From positions 3,390,001 through 3,422,000 of the forward strand of contig CP060262.1 in assembly GCA_022646745.1 (NCBI GenBank): 32,000 nucleotides of DNA. The letters are read 5' to 3'. Shown here piece after piece: positions 7,821 to 16,319 of this stretch (positions are counted from its first letter, which is position 1; the number at the start of each line of letters is the position of its first letter). Both the position numbers and the translations under genes were made by a program. This stretch comes from Planctomycetales bacterium (GTDB lineage Bacteria > 4484-113 > JAFGCY01). Under the pieces are notes generated by a model. That model was not told where the DNA came from, ran no database searches, and saw nothing but the letters and a program-made list of their open reading frames with translations.

Positions 7821-8627
7821 TCAGGCCGGATTGCCCGGCAGAATCGAGCGGATTCCCTCCACAAGCGCCGGAAGGGCCAGCGCGGAGGGCTCCTGTAGAA
7901 CATAATCCGCCGCTGCCGTCAACTCCGTGCGCTCCGGATTGATCTCCACCAGCGTAGCCCCGTGCTCCCGCGCCACAAACGGCAGGGCGGCCGCCGGATA
8001 GACCAGGCTTGAGGTACCGATGCTCAGTGCAAGGTCGGCCTTCATCGCACAGTGAAATGCATGGTTGAGCACGGACTCGTCCAGCATTTCCCCGAACCAC
8101 ACCACATTCGGGCGCAGGGTGCTGCCATCGGCCGCACGCGGCGGGTGCTCACTGAGCGGGCAATCCATCAGCCGGAATGCATCCGCGAAACCCGCCCCCA
8201 GCGGCCGCACTTCCCAGATGTTGCCATGCAGCTCTATCAGCTGCTCGGTGCCGGCGATGCGGTGCAGGTCGTCAATGTTCTGCGTTGCCAGATCCAGCCG
8301 GCCCTGGACCGGTGCAAGCATCCGTTGCCACTCAGTGATGGCGGTATGGCCGGCATTCGGCATGCACTGGCTCATGGTCTGGCGCCGCTCGTCATACCAC
8401 TTCCAGACATTCGCCGGGTCCTTGCGAAAGCCATCGATGCTGGCCAGCATCACAGGGTCATACTTGGCCCACAGCCCTGTCTGGGCATCGCGGAAGGTCG
8501 GGATGCCGGACTCCGCGCTGACTCCAGCTCCTGTGAAGATGAATACCCGGCGCGCCTTGGCGGCCTCGGGCACCAGTTCTTCGATCACGGCGCGGGTTTC
8601 CGCCGACAGCTGCCTCTGCTGACCCAT
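7821..8627 (-). CDS. cobB: NAD-dependent protein deacylase, sirtuin class III (CobB-like)
   Basis: GAGVSAESGIPTFRD, TQNIDDLH, ELHGN, GTSSLVYPAA motifs. The Y-x-x-R pair (WYDERR) is typical of class III. Confidence 0.85.
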   Translation of the reverse strand: MGQQRQLSAETRAVIEELVPEAAKARRVFIFTGAGVSAESGIPTFRDAQTGLWAKYDPVMLASIDGFRKDPANVWKWYDERRQTMSQCMPNAGHTAITEWQRMLAPVQGRLDLATQNIDDLHRIAGTEQLIELHGNIWEVRPLGAGFADAFRLMDCPLSEHPPRAADGSTLRPNVVWFGEMLDESVLNHAFHCAMKADLALSIGTSSLVYPAAALPFVAREHGATLVEINPERTELTAAADYVLQEPSALALPALVEGIRSILPGNPA

Positions 8628-8630
8628 GGC

Positions 8631-9548
8631 CTATCCCTTGCGGCGCGGGATCAGCTCGTACTCACGCAGGGTGGCCTCCAGCGCATTGCGCTTTTTATCA
8701 TCCATCTTCGTCATCGGCAGGCGGAAGTTGTCTTCCATCACGCCCATCATGGACAACGCGGTCTTGATCGGGATCGGGTTCGTGGTGGTGTAGAGCGAAT
8801 TGTTCAGCTCGAGGAAATGCAGGTGGATGTCCAGCGCTTCACGTACATCTCCTTCCTGGTAGGCCAGGATCATCTCCTTGATCTCCTTGCCGATCAGGTG
8901 GCCGAACACCGTCACCACACCGCAGCCACCGCAGGCCACGATCGGCAGGATCAGCGCATCATCACCGGCATAGATGAAGAAGTCTGACAGGGTCTGGCTG
9001 CGCAGCAGGCTGACCCCGGCCAGGTCACCGGTGGCATCCTTCACGGCGCAGACATTGCTCGTGCCCGCCAGCTCGATGATCACGTCATGCTCCACCCGCA
9101 GGCCGGTGCGGCCCGGGATGTTGTACAGCAGGATCGGCAGGTCGGAAGCGTCCGAGATCGCACTGAAGTGCGCCAGCTGCCCGTCCGCGTTCGGCTTGTT
9201 GTAATACGGGCCGACCACCATCAGTCCGTCGGCACCGGCCTTGGCGGCCGCCTTGGCGAACTTGACGCTGTCGGCGGTGTCATTGCTGCCGACATTCAGC
9301 AGCACCTTGAAGCCCTTCTTGGCACGGCTCTTGTAGAACTCGAACAGCTTCAGCTTCTCGGCCTGGCTCAGTGTCGGTCCCTCACCTGTGGTACCGGCCA
9401 CGACGATGCCGTCATTCTGGGCCTGCACGTGCTTGAACAGCTTCTCGGCCTGGTCGTAGTCCACCGCGCCGCGCTTGTTGAAGGGTGTGACGATCGCCGT
9501 CACCACATTGCCGAACACCGGCTCGTTGTTCTTCTTCTTTGCTGCCAT
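8631..9548 (-). CDS. dapA: 4-hydroxy-tetrahydrodipicolinate synthase
   Basis: AIVTPF...GTTGE...YNIPGRTG motifs. I place the start at the ATG at 9548 (GGAG 3 nt upstream, just after the asd stop) rather than the ORF-track start at 9590. Confidence 0.9.
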   Translation of the reverse strand: MAAKKKNNEPVFGNVVTAIVTPFNKRGAVDYDQAEKLFKHVQAQNDGIVVAGTTGEGPTLSQAEKLKLFEFYKSRAKKGFKVLLNVGSNDTADSVKFAKAAAKAGADGLMVVGPYYNKPNADGQLAHFSAISDASDLPILLYNIPGRTGLRVEHDVIIELAGTSNVCAVKDATGDLAGVSLLRSQTLSDFFIYAGDDALILPIVACGGCGVVTVFGHLIGKEIKEMILAYQEGDVREALDIHLHFLELNNSLYTTTNPIPIKTALSMMGVMEDNFRLPMTKMDDKKRNALEATLREYELIPRRKG

Positions 9549-9552
9549 CTCC

Positions 9553-10563
9553 CTAACCTGCCTTTGCTTCGAGATTCTGGTGGTGGGCACGCATCAGCGA
9601 CAGCAGCCGCCAGCCGTTGAGCGCCGCGCCCAGGTTGATGTTGTCTCCACTGAGGAAGAAGGACCAGCCGTTGCCAATCCCATCCTCCGCCCGCAGGCGG
9701 CCCGCCTCTACCATCTCATGGCGTGAAGCCGCCACGGGATTCGGCAGCGCGTCACTGCGGTACAGAACATCGCTGTCCCGGTTCCAGGCTTCCGCGATCG
9801 CCTCCGCGCTGACTACCGTTTCAAACTCCAGACTGACCGCCATGCTGTGCCCGACGCTGACCGGCACGCGCACCGCATGCGGTACCACGGCGAGATCCGG
9901 CATGCTGAGGATCTTGCGGGTCTCCTGCAGCAGCTTGCGTTCCTCGCTGCAGCGCAGCTCACTGTCCATCCCGCCGATGCCGGGCACCACGTTGTACGCA
10001 ATCGCATCCTCGGGGCAATCCGCCCTGCCCGACTGCGGGTCCAGCCCGTACTCATCAATTTCGTTCGTCAGCTTGTCGATCCCGGCGCGACCGGCCCCGC
10101 TCATGCTCTGGTAGGTCGCCACCCAGATCCGGCGGATGCCGAACTGCACCAGCGACTTGATCCCGTGCACGAGGATGATCGTGCTGCAATTTGGGTTGGC
10201 AACCAGCCTGGTCTGCGGAGTGACGACACCGTCATTGGCCCCGCCGACAACCAGAGGCACCTGTGGGTCCATCCGGTAGGCATTGCTCTTGTCCACCACA
10301 TGGCAGCCAGCGGCCAGCGCCTGCGGCACATACTCACGGGACAGCTCATCGCCGACGCAGAACAGTGCGTAGTCGCAGTCGGCGAAATCAAACTGCGCCA
10401 GGTCGCGCACAGTCAGTTCCATTCCACCGAGATCGAGGCTGCTGCCGGCACTGCGGCTGCTGGCCACCGGGATCACCTCCGTCACCCCGCTGCGCTGCGC
10501 GGCAATGATCCGCAGGTACTCCCCGCCGACCAGTCCGCTTGCACCGATGATTGCCAGTCTCAT
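9553..10563 (-). CDS. asd: aspartate-semialdehyde dehydrogenase
   Basis: MRLAIIGASGLVG Rossmann motif; active-site region LVANPNCSTI; 336 aa. Confidence 0.9.
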   Translation of the reverse strand: MRLAIIGASGLVGGEYLRIIAAQRSGVTEVIPVASSRSAGSSLDLGGMELTVRDLAQFDFADCDYALFCVGDELSREYVPQALAAGCHVVDKSNAYRMDPQVPLVVGGANDGVVTPQTRLVANPNCSTIILVHGIKSLVQFGIRRIWVATYQSMSGAGRAGIDKLTNEIDEYGLDPQSGRADCPEDAIAYNVVPGIGGMDSELRCSEERKLLQETRKILSMPDLAVVPHAVRVPVSVGHSMAVSLEFETVVSAEAIAEAWNRDSDVLYRSDALPNPVAASRHEMVEAGRLRAEDGIGNGWSFFLSGDNINLGAALNGWRLLSLMRAHHQNLEAKAG

Positions 10564-10564
10564 C

Positions 10565-11314
10565 TCAGAGCTCCATTATCCTGTCCATGCCCACCACCAG
10601 GCCGTTCACACGGCTGATGTTGCGCACGCAGTAGGCGATACCCGGCATGAAGCAGTTCCTGTCTATGCTGCGGTGCTCGATCGAGAGCGATTCACCCTGC
10701 AGGGAGAACAGCACCTGCTGCTCAGCAAGGTAGCCGGCCCCGCGCACGCTGTGGATCGCCACCATGTCCTGGTTGCCACCGAGCACGCCATTCAGCTGCT
10801 CGCTGTAGTCTTCACTGGTTGATGACTTATCCGATCCGGGCAGGCCCGACAGCACTTCGGCAATGCCGGCCGCCGTGTAGCGCGCGGTACCTGAAGGGGC
10901 GTCAGCCTTGCGGTCATGGTGCCGTTCAGTGACGACAGGCGCCTGCATGTAGCGTGCGGCCTGCCGCGCGAACAGGATCATCAGGTTGGCACCGATCGAG
11001 AAATTCGGCACGATCAGCACCGGGCTGCCGCGCTCTGCGGAGATTGAAGCCATCCGCTCCACCGTGTCCTGCGTATAACCGGTCGCACCGATCACATATG
11101 GCAGCGATGCGTTGACAATGGAGGCACCGTTGGCATCCACCGCCTCACCGGTGCTCAGGTCCACCACACAGTCCGCCCCGCTGTCCAGCACCTGCTCGAG
11201 CCGGCCCGCGCTGCCGATCTCGGCAACGCATTCGATGTCGTCAGTTCCCTTGATGTAATTGCGCAGCGCGGTGCCCATCCGGCCCTCGCTGCCGATTATC
11301 GCTATCTTGTGCAT
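10565..11314 (-). CDS. dapB: 4-hydroxy-tetrahydrodipicolinate reductase
   Basis: MHKIAIIGSEGRMG, ERHHDRKADAPSGTA (DapB signature E-x-HH-x-K-x-DAPSGTA). 1-nt gap to asd. Confidence 0.9.
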   Translation of the reverse strand: MHKIAIIGSEGRMGTALRNYIKGTDDIECVAEIGSAGRLEQVLDSGADCVVDLSTGEAVDANGASIVNASLPYVIGATGYTQDTVERMASISAERGSPVLIVPNFSIGANLMILFARQAARYMQAPVVTERHHDRKADAPSGTARYTAAGIAEVLSGLPGSDKSSTSEDYSEQLNGVLGGNQDMVAIHSVRGAGYLAEQQVLFSLQGESLSIEHRSIDRNCFMPGIAYCVRNISRVNGLVVGMDRIMEL

Positions 11315-11338
11315 GGTTTACGCCTCGCGGCGGCTACA

Positions 11339-12022
11339 TTATCCCGCCTGCACACCGTACCAGCGCTCTTTGTCCGCCGGGTCCGGTCGCATGTCCTCGG
11401 GCAGCAGGTCCTCGATCTTCTGCATCATGCGCGCCATCTCGCGCAGCATCACTTCCTTCGGGATCCGCTCGGGGTCGCCGTCGTATTCGATGCGGTACGG
11501 TTCACCATAGCGTATGCGGATCTTCACCGGCCTGATGAAGATGCTGCCCTTGCGCATGGCGTGCTGCGAGCCGATGATCGCCGATGGCAGGATCGTGCAG
11601 CCGGTGCGGATCGCCATCATCACCGCCCCGCTCTTGCCCTCCATCAGCCTGCCGCTCTTTGAGCGTGTGCCCTCCGGGAAGATGAACACCACCTGGCCGT
11701 CGTTGAGGTACTGGACCGCCTCCAGCAGAGCCTGCTTGCCCTTGCCGCGGTTGACCATGATGCTGCCGATGCTCAGCATGTAGACCCGCAGGATGCCGAT
11801 GCCGAACAGCTCCATCTTTGCCATGTGGTAGCCGCAGCGGCGCGGCAGGAACGAGCCTGTCAGCGGCGGGTCAAGGTGGCTGACGTGGTTGCTGACGATC
11901 AGCAGTCCGCCTTCCTTCGGCACATTGCCCGGGTTCTCCACGCTGACGCGGAACATCAGCTTGCCTATGACCCATGTCGCCAGGCGGGTGATGTCGTAGA
12001 TGATCCTGCCCCAGAAGGACAT
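11339..12022 (-). CDS. plsC: 1-acyl-sn-glycerol-3-phosphate acyltransferase
   Basis: NHVSHLD (HX4D) and FPEGTRS motifs. I place the start at the ATG at 12022, because the ORF-track start at 12121 would overlap the upstream cupin gene. Confidence 0.8.
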   Translation of the reverse strand: MSFWGRIIYDITRLATWVIGKLMFRVSVENPGNVPKEGGLLIVSNHVSHLDPPLTGSFLPRRCGYHMAKMELFGIGILRVYMLSIGSIMVNRGKGKQALLEAVQYLNDGQVVFIFPEGTRSKSGRLMEGKSGAVMMAIRTGCTILPSAIIGSQHAMRKGSIFIRPVKIRIRYGEPYRIEYDGDPERIPKEVMLREMARMMQKIEDLLPEDMRPDPADKERWYGVQAG

Positions 12023-12047
12023 CTTCAGCTTGTTGCTGACGTACAAG

Positions 12048-12458
12048 CTAGCTCCCCTTGACGATGCGGTAGCTGTCCTCGTCGAAATGCTGCGTGGAGA
12101 ACTCCATGATGTGGGTCTCATCCGCGATCCCGGTGAAGCGGTGCACCATGCCCGGCGTGAGCAGGATGCAGTCGCCCTCCTTCATGTCGAACACCTCCTG
12201 GATCTGCGGCGGCTCCTGCTGCGCATGCTCGAGGTCGCACATCTCCATGCGCAGGTGCCCCTTGGCGATGTAGAAGGTCTCGGTCTTGAGCTTGTGGTAA
12301 TGCAGCGAGCAGTTCTTGTCCTTGAGCACGATCAGCAGCTTGCCGCAGTACATCTCGTCATTGTGCAGCCAGCGCTCCTCGCCCCAGCCCTTGGGCACGA
12401 TCTTGACATCCTCATCCAGCCGGATCGGCAGGCTGTAACGCTGCGGGGTGCTGTCCAT
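12048..12458 (-). CDS. cupin-domain protein (mannose-6-phosphate-isomerase-like small cupin)
   Basis: KGWGEERWL...CSLHYHKLKTETFYIAKG...PGMVHRF cupin motifs. AGGAG lies 6 nt upstream of the ATG. Confidence 0.7.
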   Translation of the reverse strand: MDSTPQRYSLPIRLDEDVKIVPKGWGEERWLHNDEMYCGKLLIVLKDKNCSLHYHKLKTETFYIAKGHLRMEMCDLEHAQQEPPQIQEVFDMKEGDCILLTPGMVHRFTGIADETHIMEFSTQHFDEDSYRIVKGS

Positions 12459-12470
12459 GTCAATCTCCTG

Positions 12471-12498
12471 AAGATGAAAATGCCCACCGGAGGTGGGC
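12471..12498 (-). terminator. GC-rich hairpin plus U-rich tract, either the terminator of the GGDEF gene or an attenuator ahead of the cupin operon
   Basis: Minus strand reads GCCCACC-TCC-GGTGGGC followed by ATTTTCATCTT. It ends only a few nt before the AGGAG of the cupin gene. Confidence 0.45.
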
Positions 12499-12539
12499 GG
12501 GAAGCTTAGCTCTGCCTACAAGTGTCAGCCTCCACCCTA

Positions 12540-12567
12540 ATTATAAGCGAATCAGCGTCCGGGGCAA
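12540..12567 (-). promoter_or_regulatory. sigma70-like promoter candidate (TTGCCC, 16-nt spacer, TATAAT)
   Basis: Minus strand reads gccTTGCCCcggacgctgattcgctTATAATtag. The perfect -10 hexamer stands out in a GC-rich genome. Confidence 0.4.
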
Positions 12568-12574
12568 GGCTGGA

Positions 12575-14326
12575 TCAGCTGCGGATCTCTATTGTCCGGG
12601 ATTCATTCTGCGGGATGGGAAAAAACTTCGAGAGCATCACCTGGTTGCGGCCCGAGTTCTTCGCAGTGTAGAGCGCGTGGTCGGCATTGTCCACGAACAG
12701 CGCGGAAATCTCCTCAACGTTCTTTAGGAACACGTCCCCTTCGCCGGTGCTGCGCGATCCGCGCGAGACCTCCGGTTTCAGGTTCGTATCCGCTGTGGTG
12801 GCCAGCCCGATGCTGATCGTCACCTGCTTGAAGGCGTCGCGCTGCAGGCTGATCGGGAACTGGTGTGCCTCCACCTTGCGGCGGAGCTGCTCGGCGATGC
12901 GCGGGGCGATCTCCGGCGGCGTGCCCTTCAGAACCACCGCGAACTCCTCCCCGCCCCAGCGGCCGACGAGGTCCGTCCCGCGGAAGAATGTCTTCAGGAT
13001 CTGTGACAGCTCCTGGATCACCAGGTTGCCGACGAGGTGGCCGTAGGTGTCGTTGATGCTCTTGAAATGGTCGATGTCCATGTAGATCAGGCCCAGCGGG
13101 ATGTCCTTGCAGTAGGCCTCATTGAGCATCGGGATGAACTTCTCCATGAAACCGCCGTGGTTGTTCAGCTGGGTCAGGTTGTCAGTATGGCTCTCGGTCT
13201 TGACCGTCGTGTAGTTCAGGCTGTTGGAGACCGCGATCGAAATCAGCGGTGCGATGCTCTGCAGGAAAGCGAAGGCATCAGCGTCGAAGCTCTTGGTGCG
13301 GTGGCTGTCGAGGCAGAGCACACCGAGCGCCTCCTGGCGGAACATCAGCGGCATGCAGGCCAGTGAGCGGATCTTCTTGCCACGCTGGTTGAAGCTTTCC
13401 CAGCGCTTGTCCTCCAGCACGTCGTCAATCAGAACGCCCTCGCGGTTGGTGAAGCTCCAGCCGACCACGCCCTGGTCGAGCTTGACGCTACGCGCCACGC
13501 CGGTGGCGGCCTCGTCCCCGCTCTCCACCTTCAGTTCAAGGCGCTGTTCATCCTGGTTGTAGATGTAGATGCTGAACTTGTCGAAGTCGAAGCGGTTACG
13601 CAGCGCCTCCACGATCTTGCCGAACAGCTCCTCCCAGTCCAGCACCGAGATGATGTTCTCAAGGATCTGCAGCAGGGTCTGCACCTCGCGGTTGCGCTCC
13701 ACCAGCGATTCCACGGCGAGGTCGGCACTGATCGCCTGCATGCTCAGGTCCGTCACCAGGTCTTCGCTGACCTGGTAGATCTCATCGATGTTGCGCTTGA
13801 TCTTGCGCACCAGCAGCGTGGAAGTGGCCATCGCGCCGAGCCCGATCAGGCAGTAGGCCCCGGCCTCGAGGTTCGTGCGGAAGATGTCCAGGTCGCCGTT
13901 GACCCGTGCCAGCATGATGCTGAAACCATAGATCAGGATGCTCAGGCCGGTCAGGACCGTGCCGGTGCTGCGCGGCAGCACGAAGTTGTAGAAGCTGTTG
14001 ATCACCATCAGCGCAATCAGGTAGATCAGGATCATCTGCGGCTGGGGCAGGAACAGGTAGCTGGCGGTCACGATGTCCACCGCCAGGCTGATCAGGAACA
14101 GTCTCTCGTGGTTCTCAGGGGTCGGGACGGTGAAGCGGAACAGGCAGATGTTGATCGCCGCCATCACGAACAGGCTGGCCCAGAACAGTCCGGCACTGCC
14201 ATAGGTGGTGGCATCCCCGAAATGCAGCATCCACACGAAGGCGTAACTGGAGGTGAATCCGATCAGTTTCGCAGCCACTAGGTATGGCCAGAACCGTGAC
14301 GGGAGGTTATAGACCTTCTGGTTCAA
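12575..14326 (-). CDS. membrane-bound diguanylate cyclase (multi-TM N-terminus, GAF, GGDEF)
   Basis: About 5-6 hydrophobic helices in the first 180 aa. GAF-like middle region. GGDEF domain with active GGEEF and an RxxD I-site (RGTD) 5 residues upstream. The start is a TTG and is uncertain. Confidence 0.85.
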   Translation of the reverse strand: MNQKVYNLPSRFWPYLVAAKLIGFTSSYAFVWMLHFGDATTYGSAGLFWASLFVMAAINICLFRFTVPTPENHERLFLISLAVDIVTASYLFLPQPQMILIYLIALMVINSFYNFVLPRSTGTVLTGLSILIYGFSIMLARVNGDLDIFRTNLEAGAYCLIGLGAMATSTLLVRKIKRNIDEIYQVSEDLVTDLSMQAISADLAVESLVERNREVQTLLQILENIISVLDWEELFGKIVEALRNRFDFDKFSIYIYNQDEQRLELKVESGDEAATGVARSVKLDQGVVGWSFTNREGVLIDDVLEDKRWESFNQRGKKIRSLACMPLMFRQEALGVLCLDSHRTKSFDADAFAFLQSIAPLISIAVSNSLNYTTVKTESHTDNLTQLNNHGGFMEKFIPMLNEAYCKDIPLGLIYMDIDHFKSINDTYGHLVGNLVIQELSQILKTFFRGTDLVGRWGGEEFAVVLKGTPPEIAPRIAEQLRRKVEAHQFPISLQRDAFKQVTISIGLATTADTNLKPEVSRGSRSTGEGDVFLKNVEEISALFVDNADHALYTAKNSGRNQVMLSKFFPIPQNESRTIEIRS

Positions 14327-14331
14327 CTTGG

Positions 14332-14346
14332 CCTGATTATATCAGG
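14332..14346 (-). promoter_or_regulatory. palindrome CCTGAT-ATA-ATCAGG containing a TATAAT hexamer, between the dnaA stop and the GGDEF start
   Basis: Seen directly. TATAAT (minus strand, 14341-14336) lies 9 nt upstream of the TTG start at 14326. Confidence 0.3.
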
Positions 14347-14373
14347 ATGGAGCCTATTCGGGGAGCGGCCCGG

Positions 14374-15768
14374 CTACTTGAGCATCCGGCTGATCTGGCT
14401 GATCGCCTGCTCGATGTAGGGATCCTCCACGATTTCCGCCGTGATCTTGCTCGCCCCGTGGGACACCGTGCTGTGATCCCGGTTGCCCAGTTCGGTTCCG
14501 ATCTGGCTGAGCGTAAGGTTGGTGAACTCACGCGCGAAGTACATCGCGATCATCCTGGCCTGCGCCACGCGCTTGGAGCGGTTGCTGCTGAGCAGCAGGC
14601 TGTCGCTGATGTTGAAGTACTCACAGACGGCATTGATGATCTGCCGCATGCTGACTTCCCGGCGGATGCCGCTTGTGTCAAGGATGTCAGCCAGCACGCG
14701 CGCCGCGAACTCAATCGTCGGCGGGCTGCTGGAGAAGTCGCTGAAGGCCAGCAGGCGGGTCAGCGCGCCTTCCAGCTCACGCACATTGCTCGTCACCCGG
14801 TCCGCGATGAAGTAACAGACCTCATCCGGCAGGTTGACCTTCTCCTGGCTGGCCTTCTGGCGCAGGATGGCCACCCGGGTCTCGAGGCTCGGGTCGGCGA
14901 TGTCAGCAACAAGGCCCATGCCAAAGCGCGAAATCAGACGCTCCTCGATGCCCTTCAGGGTGCGCGGCGGGCGGTCGGAACTGATGATGATCTGCTTGCC
15001 GGCTTCCACAAGCTCCATGAATGTGTGGAAGAACTCGCTCTGGGTTTCGGCCTTGCCGCTGAGGAACTGGATGTCGTCGATCAGCAGCACATCAGCCTGG
15101 CGGTAGCGGCGGTGGAATTCAGACATCCGCTTGCCGGTACGCACGTGCTCAATGAAGTCGTTCGTGAACTTCTCGCTGGTGACATACACCACATTGTCCG
15201 CACGCTTGTTGTTCCAGACCTCATGGCCGATGGCATGCATCAGGTGGGTCTTGCCCAGGCCCACTCCTCCGTAGATGAACATCGGGTTGTAGCTCTGGCC
15301 GGGACGCTGTGCAACCTGCCAGCAGGCGCTGTAGCAGAACTGGTTATTGGCACCGACGACGAACTCGGAGAAGGAGTAATGCGGGTTGAGCAGCGGCTTG
15401 GCGGCCTGGCTACGCGAGCGGAACTCAAGTTCCTCAACCGGGCCTGGAGCATCCGGCTTGCCGGTCGGATGCCCGTCATCGCTGAAATGATGGATGGCGG
15501 GGCCGTCTTCCCCGGCCCTGGCCGGGATCACTTCGAGGCTGGCGCGGCTGCCGGTGATCAGTTCCGTGAGCTCAACGATGATCTCACCGAATTGCTCCCT
15601 GACCCACTTGCAGTTCATCTCGTTGGCAGCGGAAACCACCAGCACGTTGTCGTCATAGGATACGGCGGTCAGCGGCCGGATCAGCAGTTCGTACTTGGGG
15701 CGATTCGTCTGCTCACAGAGTTGCTGCTTGATGATCTCGAGAAGATCTGTTGCACTGTGGGTCTGCAT
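14374..15768 (-). CDS. dnaA: chromosomal replication initiator protein DnaA
   Basis: AAA+ Walker A GGVGLGKTHL, Walker B LLIDDIQF, and the C-terminal DNA-binding signature FTNLTLSQIGTELGNRDHSTVSHG. Confidence 0.95.
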   Translation of the reverse strand: MQTHSATDLLEIIKQQLCEQTNRPKYELLIRPLTAVSYDDNVLVVSAANEMNCKWVREQFGEIIVELTELITGSRASLEVIPARAGEDGPAIHHFSDDGHPTGKPDAPGPVEELEFRSRSQAAKPLLNPHYSFSEFVVGANNQFCYSACWQVAQRPGQSYNPMFIYGGVGLGKTHLMHAIGHEVWNNKRADNVVYVTSEKFTNDFIEHVRTGKRMSEFHRRYRQADVLLIDDIQFLSGKAETQSEFFHTFMELVEAGKQIIISSDRPPRTLKGIEERLISRFGMGLVADIADPSLETRVAILRQKASQEKVNLPDEVCYFIADRVTSNVRELEGALTRLLAFSDFSSSPPTIEFAARVLADILDTSGIRREVSMRQIINAVCEYFNISDSLLLSSNRSKRVAQARMIAMYFAREFTNLTLSQIGTELGNRDHSTVSHGASKITAEIVEDPYIEQAISQISRMLK

Positions 15769-16319
15769 ACATTACAACGGCAGGATCAGACCCACCGACG
15801 CTCCGCCTCCTCGTATTATTCCTCGTTGATAGGTGGACAGTACGAGAAAAGTTGTCAACACTCTTCCACTTCAACCCGTCCACACGTAACTTATCCCCAC
15901 TGCAGATCCGCGGTTCGTGCATAAGTTGATAACTCCGCCCTCGGAGAAATCTGACGATCCGGATTCTGTCAACGGTGATACCCCTGATGCACCATGAGTA
16001 CAGTGCACCATTGCCTTCAAGGGAACCTAGAATAACAGACGTATCATGCGCTGGCAAGCCTAAAATGACCAGCGGACCGAAATTTCGGGCCGTTTTTTCC
16101 GGGCAATCTTCATCCGCCGGACACCGCCTTTTCACAGCCGTGATTCACAGGTTGAATGTTGTTCAAATTGGAATGAAATGATCAGCCTGAAAAGGAACCG
16201 ACTGCCCTGCATGATCGTCATTTAAGTGACTCAGGCATGCAGCAGGTAAAGCTTACAGGCTGCGTCAGCGGAGCCGATGTAATACAATTCTGCTATCTGC
16301 TTGTGGAGGAAGACAGAAG
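15769..16319. other. candidate oriC / dnaA upstream control region
   Basis: 552-bp non-coding spacer, visibly AT-richer than its surroundings. Degenerate DnaA-box-like 9-mers: TTATCCCCA at 15891-15899 (1 mismatch); TTGTCAACA at 15852-15860, TTATCAACT (reverse orientation) at 15924-15932 and TGATTCACA at 16141-16149 (2 mismatches each). AT-rich stretch at 16151-16190. No perfect box. Confidence 0.35.
16073..16098 (+). terminator. orphan intrinsic-terminator-like hairpin inside the dnaA upstream spacer
   Basis: CGGACCGA-AATT-TCGGGCCG (8-position stem: 7 bp plus one A.G mismatch) followed by TTTTTT. No annotated plus-strand gene ends here. Confidence 0.4.

Noticed and set aside
7821-8627. The Sir2-domain protein considered as an anti-phage defence component (Thoeris ThsA, DSR or SIR2-HerA-like).
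   Set aside because: It is a short single-domain protein with the full canonical class III deacylase motif set. It is embedded in a biosynthetic operon, and no partner genes (TIR, HerA, pAgo and so on) are present.
15713-16181. ORFs 15713-16135 (-) and 15975-16181 (+) in the dnaA upstream spacer.
   Set aside because: Neither has an RBS. The composition is unlike the coding regions. One overlaps the dnaA start and the other reads through a terminator hairpin. They are more likely non-coding.
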